A stretch of DNA of 62,482 nucleotides, the filler included, from Folioceros fuciformis (Eukaryota), in NCBI GenBank assembly GCA_049999805.1. It is 3 parts of 2 records of this genome, joined end to end, with 100 filler letters (N's around TTAATTAATTAA, not from the genome) between each part and the next. Parts side by side here need not be neighbours in the genome. Positions count along the whole stretch, not along the records: positions 1 to 21,262 come from JBNGIO010006284.1; 2 more parts are not named here. One strand, written 5' to 3'. Of the stretch, positions 11,533-21,362 are shown one piece after another. Each line of letters starts with the position of its first letter. The first letter of the stretch is position 1. Under the pieces are notes generated by a model, which was not told the DNA's origin, did no database searches, and saw nothing but the letters and a program-made list of their open reading frames with translations. Position numbers and translations under genes: made by a program.

Positions 11533-14142
11533 GTGGCATTGCCCTCTTGCTTGAATGGAACCAAACTTGCTGAGTTCTCGAGAGGCCGGAACGAAAATTC
11601 TGGTACGAGTACTATGTTTTGCGGAAGGAGCTCAGTTGGGAATCACAGCTGCCTGGAAGCTGTCACGCGGAAACCGACAGCTCTGCTTGTAGCAGCAACT
11701 TTTCTGGAACCCGCAAACAGAAATGGATTGAATCAAATCTGGTGTGGGAGGAGCTACACGGGCACGTGGGGCCAGCGCCACACACTCAGTTGTCGCGACA
11801 GACAAACTAAGAAGAACTCCTATCTAGATTTTGTTCATCCTGCTCTGGATGTGACTCATAGTGCCTCTACCGCCAAGTGGAACGTGTCGGATGACGATGC
11901 CCCTTACAGACCTGCAGGATATGAGACATGTGTCACAGCTGAGATGGTCAGCAAACTATGTGAACAGGGGTACCTTAAGGAGGCCGTCGAGTCTCTGGGA
12001 ATTTTGGTGCAAACGGGCTGTGCAATCTCTCAGTTGGTCTTCTATACAGTCCTGAAACAATGTGGGCTCCAGAAGGATCTGGTTCTGGGACGCCGTGTCC
12101 ATGCTCTCAGTGTCGAAACCGGGTATGGGTCAGAAACGTTCCTTTGCAATCACATCGTGCGAATGTATGCTTCACATGCCAAGTTGCAAGAAGCAGTGGA
12201 TGTGTTTACCCTGGTTGCTTCACCAGATGCCTTTCTTTGGTCTTCCATCATCTCTGCACATGTTAACCATGGACAGGCTAAGCAGGCCATAGAACTGTAT
12301 CATCGGATGCGGCGGTCAAGTGTGAAGCCAGATGGACATGTATTTGTAGCCGCCCTTCAGGCTTGTGCAAGGGGAGCAGACTTGAAAACTGGGCAGGAGG
12401 TGCATGCTGCCACTCTGGCCAGTGGGCTTGCGCTTGATGTGTTTATCTGTAACAGCTTGGTGGACATGTATGCAAAGTGTGGCAGCTTGGAAGACGCTCG
12501 GAGAGTATTCGACGGCCTTGGTCACAAAAATGTGGTAACCTGGAATGCCATGATCGCGGGATATGCTCAGCAGGGCTTGGGGCTCGAAGCCCTTCGTCTT
12601 TACAGCGCCATGCAAAGAGAAGTGATAGCTGACCCCACTTATGTTACATTTGTGTGCGTCCTTCAGGCTTGTGCAGTGGTGGGCACCGCAGCTTTGGAGC
12701 AGGGGAGGCAGCTTCATGCACAGATTGGAAAACAAGGGCTTCTGGCTGATGCGGTTGTAGGTTGCAGCCTGGTGAACATGTACGCAAAGTGTGGCTGTCT
12801 GGAATCAGCTCAAAGAGTGTTTGATAGGCTTCCTCAAAGAGATGTTGTGACATGGACCTCTCTGATGGCAGGATACTCACAGCAAGGCAGAGGTCAGGAA
12901 GCTCTTCGTCTTTACAATATGATGCAAGAAGAAGGTATGGCTGCACCCAATTCCGTAACATTTCTCTCTCTCCTCCAGGCATGTGCAAGTATGGGTACCC
13001 CGGCTTTGGAGAAAGGGAAGCAGCTTCATGCACACATTAGAGACGAAGGGTATGAAGCTGATGTGTTTGTAGCCAACAGTTTGGTGAACATGTACGCAAA
13101 GTGTGGCAGCATAGAAGATGCACAGATAATATTCGATGGGCTTCCTCACAAAGATGCTGTGACATGGAATTCCATGATCACAGGATACTCCCAACAGGGC
13201 ATGGAGCAGGAAGCTCTTCGTCTCTACAGAGTTATGCAAGAAGAAGGCATGGTTGCACCTGATTCTGCGACCTTTGTGTGCCTCCTGCGCGCATGTGCGA
13301 ATGTGGCAGCTTTGCATATGGGAAGGCAGCTTCATGCACAGGTGGAGGAACAAGGGCTCCAAGCTGACATACTTGTTGCTGTGAGTTTGATGAACATGTA
13401 TGCAAAGTCGGGGAGCATGGTTGACGCACAGCACCTCTTTGAGGCATTGCCGACAAGAGATATCGTGGCCTGGAATGTACTGATTGCAGGCTATACTCGT
13501 CAAGCGGACAATGAAGTGGTATTTGATCTGTTTCATAGAATGCAGGACAACGGCATACTCCCAGAGGACGTCACCTTCCTCAGTGTACTAACAGTATGCA
13601 GCCACACAGGTCTACTGAACGAGGGGCGAGAGTTCTTCGAGGCCATGATCGACCGATATGGGATCAGTCCCACTGCGGACCACTATACATGTATGGTGGA
13701 TCTCCTGGGTCGGGCAGGCCTACTCGAAGAGGCACTGGATTTGGTTAGGGCAATGCCTGTGTTACCTGATTCTGCTGTCTGGCACGCTTTAATGGGAGCT
13801 TGTCAAAAGTGGAGAAATGTGAAGGTCGGACGCCATGCGTTCGATGAGGTACTCAAGCTAGACAACGAGAATCCTGTGGCATATGTGTTGATGTCGAATA
13901 TATACACCAGCGCTCAAATGTCCAAGCAGGCTCAAGAGATGCAGGCCAGGAGAACAGCAATCAGAGCCTGGAAGGAGCCAGGGCATAGCTGGTGGACAGA
14001 CATGGAGGGACAGGTCCACTGTTTTCTGGTTGGGCATCAGGGACACCCTGAAAGTGACGATATATATGAAACGCTGGAACAGCTTGTTTTGCAAGCGAAG
14101 GAGGAAGGGTACGCGCCACTCGAACTCTGGAGATATGACTAA
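11533..14142 (+). CDS. PLS-class PPR protein with WW-type C-terminus, ending before the deaminase core
   Basis: 869-aa ORF with P-L-S triplets and E motifs; C-terminus WKEPGHSWWTDMEGQVHCFLVG..HP..IY..L..L...K.EGYAP, then stop. The track starts at GTG; the first in-frame ATG is at 11614, so the true start is uncertain. Confidence 0.95.
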   Translation: MALPSCLNGTKLAEFSRGRNENSGTSTMFCGRSSVGNHSCLEAVTRKPTALLVAATFLEPANRNGLNQIWCGRSYTGTWGQRHTLSCRDRQTKKNSYLDFVHPALDVTHSASTAKWNVSDDDAPYRPAGYETCVTAEMVSKLCEQGYLKEAVESLGILVQTGCAISQLVFYTVLKQCGLQKDLVLGRRVHALSVETGYGSETFLCNHIVRMYASHAKLQEAVDVFTLVASPDAFLWSSIISAHVNHGQAKQAIELYHRMRRSSVKPDGHVFVAALQACARGADLKTGQEVHAATLASGLALDVFICNSLVDMYAKCGSLEDARRVFDGLGHKNVVTWNAMIAGYAQQGLGLEALRLYSAMQREVIADPTYVTFVCVLQACAVVGTAALEQGRQLHAQIGKQGLLADAVVGCSLVNMYAKCGCLESAQRVFDRLPQRDVVTWTSLMAGYSQQGRGQEALRLYNMMQEEGMAAPNSVTFLSLLQACASMGTPALEKGKQLHAHIRDEGYEADVFVANSLVNMYAKCGSIEDAQIIFDGLPHKDAVTWNSMITGYSQQGMEQEALRLYRVMQEEGMVAPDSATFVCLLRACANVAALHMGRQLHAQVEEQGLQADILVAVSLMNMYAKSGSMVDAQHLFEALPTRDIVAWNVLIAGYTRQADNEVVFDLFHRMQDNGILPEDVTFLSVLTVCSHTGLLNEGREFFEAMIDRYGISPTADHYTCMVDLLGRAGLLEEALDLVRAMPVLPDSAVWHALMGACQKWRNVKVGRHAFDEVLKLDNENPVAYVLMSNIYTSAQMSKQAQEMQARRTAIRAWKEPGHSWWTDMEGQVHCFLVGHQGHPESDDIYETLEQLVLQAKEEGYAPLELWRYD

Positions 14143-14180
14143 TTGACAGCGTATAGGGGTATAGGAAAGCTAATGTCTCC

Positions 14181-16846
14181 TCACCTCAGTGGCTTCATTG
14201 CTTGTGCAAAATCTTCCAACAGTTCGGGAGTCAAGGCAGGCTGGATTCTGCTTACCGACTGCTCAAAATGCGACTTGCCAACCCTTTCTGCCTCCATGTC
14301 CTCCCTCAGGGCTGCCATGCCCGCCTCTTTGCAGACCGCAGAAAGCTCTGCTCCAGTGAACCTCTTGGTTATGGCAGCAATTTCCAGGAGGTTGACGTCC
14401 GCCGAAAGCTTCATCTTCCTTGTATGAACTTGCAAGACTTCAAGGCGGCCCTCGAGATCTGGCGGCGGCACGTATATAACCTTCCAAAGCGCGCCAAAGT
14501 ATGTTGATGACGTAAGGGAAAGACCAAAAGGAATTGAGCAAACGATTGAAGTAGAGATGAGTGTTCCTGGTAAGGAGAGTACCACATCGAACCTTCCGGG
14601 CCGAGCAAGGGCTGAGTCAATGGCATGCTTCCGATTGGTTGCTCCAAGGACCAAAACACCCTGCAACTCACGGCAGTCAAGGTCAAAACCAGCACTTCAT
14701 TAAAGCCAACTGGGAAAGTGTAGCAGAAAGAACATGCACCCACCTCAGCTAGCTCAAGCCCATCCATCTCCGTCAATAGAGTAGAAAGCAACTTCTCTCC
14801 GACCGATACTGTGCCACCACTATTCCTACTTTGGCCTGCCCTGAAAGCACAGTCTGTCAAAACCGTTAACAGATGTTGCTACAATGCGGCAACCTTCAAG
14901 TATCTCGGACTTACCGAGTCGTTCCGAGTACATCGATCTCATCAAAGAAAATCATGCAGGGAGCAGCTTGGCGGGCCCGTTTGAATGTCTCTCTCAGAAG
15001 GGCTTCTCCCTCCCCAACATACATGGAATAGAGTTCTGCTCCACTGCAAGAGAAGATAAGAGATGCACGAGTGCAGAAGGCAGGTTAGTAATTTCATATA
15101 GCCTATATACACACAGGCACACTGAGTTTGATGTGGAGAATGAGGAAACCTGAGAGAGATGAGAGTCGTATCTGCAGCATGGGCAGCAGCCTTGACCAAT
15201 GTAGTCTTGCAGCATCCAGGGGGGCCGTACAGTAGAACGCCACGAGGAGACTTCAGACCTAATCTAGCAAAAGCATCTGCATGCTTGAATGGCCATTCCA
15301 CGGCCTGACGGAGTCTCTTCTGCAAAAGCGAACCCAAAAGCTAACACACAGACAGAGACGAGGAATTGCTGTACTACAGACATCAAAATCATTCTTGGAT
15401 AGACCTTGACATCCTTGAGGCCCCCAATGTCATCCCAAGAAACCTTGGGTATCTCTGCAATTGCAAATCCTCTTACAATGCTAGGTCCAACCTTCCCACG
15501 TGCCTCATTCCACTCTTCCAGCCCAACCACTTGCAAACAGCCTTCATCGGCACCTCTGGCCTGAGTTTTTTTGAGAGCAATAGTTGCTGCCTCTCGACAC
15601 AAGGCTTGCAGATCAGCGCCAACATATCCATGACAGGAGGATGCTACAACCCACAAGTCCACGTCCGGACTCAATGGAAGATTCTTCGAATGAAGCTGAC
15701 CAAACATGAACCACATACCAGATGTTGAAGATGGATTAACAGGCACGGACAGAATCATCATACAAGTATAGCTTGGTTGTGGGCAGTACTTGTAGGATCT
15801 GATATCTCTCCTCAGCGCTGGGTGGATTCACAGCAATCTCTCTATCGAAACGTCCTGGTCGTCTGAGAGCAGGGTCAATAGCATTGACCCTGCATATTGG
15901 ATGAGCTGGTAAGTACGGGACCACAGTGTCGAATCCAAAACATGGAAGTCCCATCGGCATGCAACAGCCAGTAGCTGCAGCTCACCATAATGAAGCCCAT
16001 GACAATCCCCCCAACAAACGCATCCCCGCAGTACCTATTAGTAGCAGCAACTACAACAACGCGATCAGAGGATGTGGGCACTCCGTCCATCAACGTTAGC
16101 AGCTGCGCTACAATCCTTGCCTCCTGCTGCCGCCTGGCACAAAAGTGTATCAGTCACGTAGCTGCTGACAATGACAATCTCACTAACCAGCTATGAGAAA
16201 TAAACTGGGTGAAGATCAACCTGGCATCTCGACGGGGACAAAGAGCATCAATCTCGTCAATAAAAATAATAGCAGGTCGACCTTCCGCTGCTTTTGCCCT
16301 TGCCTCTGCAAAGGCTTCTCGAACTACCCGCTCACTCTCTCCAGCATATGGTCGAAGAACGGAGCTGGAACTGCACATTTGGGAGGACAAAGCCAAGGGA
16401 GGAGCTTTCTTTACCACCATGCCAGGCAACCCAAAGGAACAGATGATCACGTTCGTCACTAACCTGAGACTGGTCAAATGAGCTCCACTCTCACGGGCAA
16501 TAGCAAACACGAGACTAGTCTGCATTACAATATCAAACCCATCATCTCAGCTGCGATTCCAATTCTCCTATTTCAGGAAAACAAACATTTCTCCCCTCAC
16601 CTTGCCCGTTCCAGGAGGACCGTGCAGCAAAAGTCCCCGTGGCCACTGCTCCAACAAAACAACCACTGTCAGCACTTTCCCTCTCAAAAGTTTCAAAAAG
16701 AAGCTGGACATTGAATTAAACCCCGCAACCTTCAGGCCAAGGACAGCAGCTTCTCGGGCATACAGAACCGGCCACACCAAAAGCTCCCTTAGCGATTGTA
16801 GAGGTTCGGCCAAACCGGCTAGAACCTCCTCAGCTCGCCATGCCAT
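14181..16846 (-). CDS. CDC48B: CDC48B-like (AFG2B/SPATA5L1-type) tandem AAA+ ATPase, multi-exon
   Basis: Two AAA modules: [15 protein letters not shown] / [10 protein letters not shown] / [11 protein letters not shown], and [13 protein letters not shown] / [13 protein letters not shown] / [18 protein letters not shown]-terminus [11 protein letters not shown]...LRELLVWP matches plant CDC48B. Short GT-AG introns. Confidence 0.88.
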
Positions 16847-17199
16847 GGTCCTTGCAGCTTACTGGCCAAACACGACGGATGGACGTGAACAATTTCCAGT
16901 GGCATCATCATTAACCCTAAATATATGAAATTTTACGGGAACCTCGATCACTGGTCGACAGAGTCTATGTTGTACATATTTGTACAGACAAAAATTCAAC
17001 TTCAAGCATGGTTCATGGAAAAAAAACGGTCTTATGCCTCGAAGGAAGGAGAGTCCTGGAGCTAGAGCTGAACCGAGCGATGGGCGATGCGCTACGCGGT
17101 AACAGCGAGCAGCATGAGGAAATTCAAAGGTGCTCGCTTGACATGAATGATGAGGAGTATGTACGCAGGAGTTAAGGGTGGATCATAGTTTTAGACACT

Positions 17200-20100
17200 A
17201 TGGAGCCTGAGCTGCATGCCAGGGTGAAGAATCTGGCCTACAAGGTCCGAGCTAGTTCAAAAGAATCGCAGGCTCAGAAGGCGGTGCAAGTCCTGGACCC
17301 AGATCTTCGTACTCATTGGTCCACATCCACCAACAGCAAAGAATGGCTACTTCTGGAGCTCGAGGTACTGTGCTTCGCCGCTTTGTATCACCAAACGATG
17401 GGCAGTTCACTTTCCTGCTGGAAGATGGGCGGTTCACCTTCCTGTCGGAATTTGAGTTGGGGCATGAGTTTCCCCACCCCTTTGTCAATTTCAAACGTCT
17501 TATCGTGAGGCCTGCATATTGAATTTGAGCGAGCTCGTTGGATAGACGTGATTTTTTTTCCTGCGTACTTCTCGAATTAAGCTCGGGAAGTCACAATAGG
17601 AATCCTCACTCTTAGTACTATTGATGCTTAAACACTTGAGATGTTGTCCCCGATTGAGCTCCGAGAGTGGTAGTATGGGCCCTACTATTTGCTTATAGTT
17701 ATTTCGAATTGTGCTGTTCCTGCAGCTGGGTGAGTGATCAGACTGATCTGTGAATTAGAACTGCTTTTCTCAAGCTGTGCTCTAGCAGAGGGCATTTACC
17801 AGCAGCAGCATTGGTGCCATGCATTACGGTTAGAGAGTTTCCCGACCTCCTTTTTCTAAGCTTAAAATATTTCTGCCCTCATGTGCAGGAACCTTGCTTG
17901 CTGTCACACATCCGCATTCATAATAAGTCTGTCCTTGAATGGGAAATCTCAATTGGTCTTCGCTTTAAGGTACCTACCTGTGCCCGAGTTCTGTCTTGGT
18001 CCATGAAAGATGAGTGATCTAGTATATTTGAGATTGTGAAATGACCTGTCCATATTGGTTTTCTTGCAGCCTGATACGTTTCTGAAGGTTAGGCCCCGGT
18101 GTGAGGCACCTCGGCGAGACATAACCTATCACACGAGCTATTTACCATGTCGCTTTGTACGAATATCCTGTCTGCGGGGAAATCCGATTGCTATCTTTCA
18201 CATACAGGTTTGTCAGGCTCGGCGCAGTTTGTGCAGTGACTATTTTCTCTCGTTTCTGTTATATTCTTTGGTTTCTGTGCAGTTAATTGGGGTCCCAGTG
18301 CCTGGTCTTGAGCCAGAGTTTCAACCTATCGTGGAACACCTATTGCCTCATATAACTTTGCATATTCGAGATTCCCAAGATCTGTACCTTCAGGTAGCAT
18401 AATCATTCCCATGGTTCTATGGTGATCTGGACATAAGTGATTGTGTGGTTGCCGAAGCATTGAACGTTTCTCGTCAGTGATCTGTGGTTTGGGTGTGTAG
18501 CTTCTTCAAGACATTGCGCTCAAGTTAGGCGTATTTGTTGCTCAGCTGGAGGTGCGAGCTGCAATTAAGAGCAGCTTCTGTTTGATATTCTGTTTCAAAA
18601 TGTTGGTGGCTTCATGTCTTGCTACTGATAAGTGTAGGTTTCCCACTCTGATAGGGAGAGCTTTCAGCAGGTCATGAAACAATGGATTCTGTGCTTCGGT
18701 TTTTCGCAATGCTTGCATCCAGTTTCTATTCCATACTGACATTAGTTGGAAGGTAAGACACTGCTCACAAACCTCACGTGACTTTGTTTGTTCTTGGTCT
18801 AGGCCTGACTTAATGACTGGGGCTGTATCATGTGTTTTGATGGTTGGTTCGAAAGCGACTATCTGTGCCTCGTACATTTAACCAGGGGTTTTCCTTGCAT
18901 GTTCTACAGAGAGAACGAGAAGATCCCAGGGGCCTCAGATGCTGATATATTCAAGAGCAATCAAGCATCCGTCTTCACAGTTTCTTCCAATTTTCAGGTG
19001 GTGATTGTGTTGACCTTATCAGACTAGAAATGAGTTGCTTAGATTAAGCTCTTAGGCTGGTTTGCATTTCATCACCGAATGCCTCAGGAAAATGAATTTT
19101 GAGTCCTCCTCCTGGTCCAGGCTCCTCCGAAAAGGATTCGCCCTCCTGGACAAGCACAACAGCCAGCAGGTCACACCTTGGCTTTTCGTCCTGATGTAGC
19201 TATTTTGCTGCTTAAGGTTGCTTCCAAAGACACCTCTCTCAGCTCGGTCTGCCAGAAGGTTTGCTCCTTGCTCTCCCATTTTCAGCTCTGTGTCCATCAA
19301 TTACTGGCAGTCAAAGTAACGTGAATCCGGATTTCAGGTTTCAAGACTGTTGCACAAGCTTGCTGGACCGGCGACTCTTTCCAATGGCAGCTCTGTAGGT
19401 GACCATGCACCTGGTTCATTTGGACAGACAGGGTCTGGGCAATCAACTGCTGGAGCAGAGGAGTTGAGTCCAGTATCAGAACCAGCATCGGCTTCTGTAC
19501 CTACAACTGATTATTCATCTATTCTTGGGGATGAATTCAAAATCCCTGGTGATGATGGTCTGGAAATAGTCAATGTAGGTCTTCTAGACATACCAGCTGT
19601 CGAGGAGGGTCTGATCCACCTGCTTTACGCTTGTGCGTCACAGGCATGTCTATTTTCACCTTTCACTGCCAGGATTGTGTTGTTTCTTTCTCCACAAATG
19701 TGGGTTGCTGCTAGCAACAGCGGTTTGTAGAGTTGGACTTCCGCTCTAACTTCAGGCCTGCATTCACTTTTGTCTCAGCCTATTCTGTCAAGGAGGTTGG
19801 CAGATTCGAGGTCTGATCTTGTGTCAGTTCTGCCGTTCATCCAAGCAATTTTGCCAGGTACTGGGCTGATGTGACCATGTTCCAGAACTTTTTCTTCAAA
19901 CGGACTTAACTGCATTTGTGATCATTTTCACGTTTTGATGTGCGACAGCTCTTCGGCCCAATGCAAGTGCCACGGACCTTGTTGATGAAACTTTTACACA
20001 GTGGCAAGCACCGTTGGTTCAGCGTGCCCTTTCTCAGGTTCGTGTTGAGAAGTGGCTTACGTTGTCATGTCATGACTTCTATTGTGAAGGGTGAAGTGTG

Positions 20101-21262
20101 TTTAAACAAATGTCATCTGCGCCTGGCAGGTTGTGGCTCTATCAACTTCCCCATCTTATCAAGCACTTCTTGATGCCTGTGCAGGGTATCTTTCATCCTA
20201 CTCTTCAGCTCACGTAAGCATCTGTTTTTGTAAGGATTTCATGAGTTAGATGCAGAAAATGTGGTGGCTGCTTAATTGTGTCTGGCTTGACAGAGATTCC
20301 CTTGCGGTCCTTCTGTCTTTCCAGCTGACAACCCTGTTCCACTCATGAACAGGTGAAAGCGGCTTGTGTGCTGATTGATTTGTGTACAGGCTCATTAGCT
20401 CCGTGGCTGCCTATGGTCGTCGGAAAGGTGGGGATAGTAGTACATTCGGTTCTGCACTTTCCATTTATGCCCTTTTGACCAGGTGATGATTTCATGCAGG
20501 TAGACCTGGCGATTGAAGTTCTGGAGGATTTGCTTGGGGTCATACAAGTAAAAGCACAAACACTGATTTCATGATAAGCTTGATACACCTTTGTTGTCAG
20601 TTGTTCGCAGGTTTGTTAGTTTAATGTAGTTACCTTTCTGCTGATCAGGCCGGTCAGACTCCTCAAGCAAAAGCTGCGCTGGTATATTTGATGTTGGGCC
20701 TGTCAGGTCACATGGACAGTATGCTCACTCAGTACAAGGTGCGCAACGTTAAAAATATTGTCGATTGTTCTGCAGTCCTGTGTGAGGGCAGCTTTGCAGC
20801 TAGAGCTTAAACTGAAATACTTGTAATCCACTGTCCTCAATATCAGGGCGTCAAGCACAAGCTGCTCTTTCTTGTCGAAATGCTGGAGCCCTACTTGATA
20901 CCGGCAATCATGCCTTTGAAAAACACAATTGCATTTGGAGACGTGTCCACTGTCCTCCTTGACAAGCAGGTACAAGGTTGTGCCATGGCTCTGGACCTGT
21001 TGCGTACTGCAATTAAGAAACCAGGTGTTCTTTCTGCTATGGAAGGAGAGTGGCGACAGGGTCATGCCGTACCAAGGTATGTTTCATCCAGACAGAAACA
21101 ATTTGAGGTATTAACAGAGCACTGATCTCATGCTCTTTGGAAAAAAAAAATGATGGTTGTGGTGTTGGCAGCGTTCTTCTATCTATATTAGCGCCTCATG
21201 ATCCGCTGCCACCTAGCATCGATCTTCGCAAGGGCACAGTGGCCAAGGGGACTGGTATTGAT
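17200..21262 (+). CDS. Large conserved land-plant uncharacterised protein (N-terminal galactose-binding-like fold, then helical repeats); 5' part only
   Basis: Spliced exons read MEPELHARVK..LDPDLRTHWSTSTNSKEWLLLELE|EPCLLSHIRIHNKSVLEWEISIGLRFK|PDTFLKVRPRCEAPRRD..PCRFVRISCLRGNPIAIF, recalled as the start of a conserved plant protein family. Many short introns; cut off by the contig end. Confidence 0.8.
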
Positions 21263-21362
21263 NNNNNNNNNNNNNNNNNNNNNNNNNNNNNNNNNNNNNN
21301 NNNNNNTTAATTAATTAANNNNNNNNNNNNNNNNNNNNNNNNNNNNNNNNNNNNNNNNNNNN
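21263..21362. other. Artificial contig-joining spacer (Ns + TTAATTAATTAA)
   Basis: TTAATTAATTAA at 21307-21318 is centred in the N run and gives stops in all six frames. The same construct occurs at 50768-50867. Confidence 0.93.

Noticed and set aside
21307-21318. TTAATTAATTAA as a biological palindrome or piggyBac TTAA site
   Set aside because: It is embedded in Ns and repeated identically at 50812, so it is an assembly linker.
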